Source of the DNA: Podarcis muralis | Lineage: Eukaryota | NCBI RefSeq assembly: GCF_964188315.1 | Contig: NC_135656.1 | Location: 121,272,001 to 121,336,000 of the forward strand | Length of the DNA: 64,000 bases | Reading direction: 5' to 3' | Shown here: positions 63,590-64,000 of the stretch, in pieces | How positions within the stretch are numbered: the first letter of the stretch is position 1 | Layout: each line of letters begins with the position of its first letter | Made by a program: the position numbers and the translations under genes | Notes under the pieces: generated by a model | Database searches by the model: none | The model's input: the letters and a program-made list of their open reading frames with translations, nothing else | What the model was told of the DNA's origin: nothing

Positions 63590-63657
63590 GGAAGGAAGGA
63601 AGGAAGGAAGGAAGGAAGGAAGGAAGGAAGGAAGGAAGGAAGGAAGGAAGGAAGGAA
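63590..63657. repeat. (GGAA)n microsatellite
   Basis: Directly visible. Confidence 0.97.
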
Positions 63658-64000
63658 GGACTGCTTTGACATGGAGCTTTAAAGCATGGACCTGTCACTA
63701 GAAAGATGGCCCAAAAGGAAGTGTGGTTGAGCCAGAATCAGTGGAGTGCAGGGTTTTTAAAAGTCAGCCCAGGGGGTGAATGAGAATCATGTCCAGATTT
63801 CAGGAAGTAAAGAGTGGAAAGGAGAGCTCTTGCTACTTGGAATCTTGATGGCATCTCCTGGCCTGAGTGCTTAGATGGTTAACAAGCATGGTGCCAGCAT
63901 ACTATGGTGTGGAGAGGGGTTGATTGGAAACTGCATGCCATAATCTTGACACCAGGGATGCCCCCGTTAAGGAATTAGCATTATTACCAGCAGCAATGGC

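Overview
Eukaryotic (squamate, probably lacertid lizard; inferred from Sauria SINE, BovB and L1 content) genomic DNA. It holds a tandem cluster of vomeronasal type-2 receptor (V2R, class C GPCR) genes, all on the + strand, in the order A1 (2668-10706), B1 (15072-23799), A2 (27486-34977), B2 (39156-50279), B3 (57297->63318). A1, B1, A2 and B2 splice into intact six-exon ORFs of 855-864 aa. B3 is disrupted by an L1 insertion in exon 3 and runs off the window end. A1+B1 and A2+B2 form a ~24.2 kb tandem segmental duplication with mosaic identity. The rest is transposon-derived: an L1 with intact ORF2, a 5'-truncated L1, two short L1-derived non-autonomous elements, a decayed Ty1/copia element, solo LTRs, BovB, L2, CR1 and Penelope fragments, Sauria SINEs and MITEs. 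Comparing paralogs exposes empty and filled insertion sites. The most notable observations are the non-autonomous L1 derivatives, a 118-bp target-site duplication that copies a receptor C-terminus, a hammerhead-like core in a Penelope hairpin, a chimeric B2 receptor, a SINE fixed 19 bp before the B-gene start codons, and loss of a conserved upstream block in A2. No rRNA, tRNA gene or CRISPR array was seen. All alignments were by eye and no database search was run.
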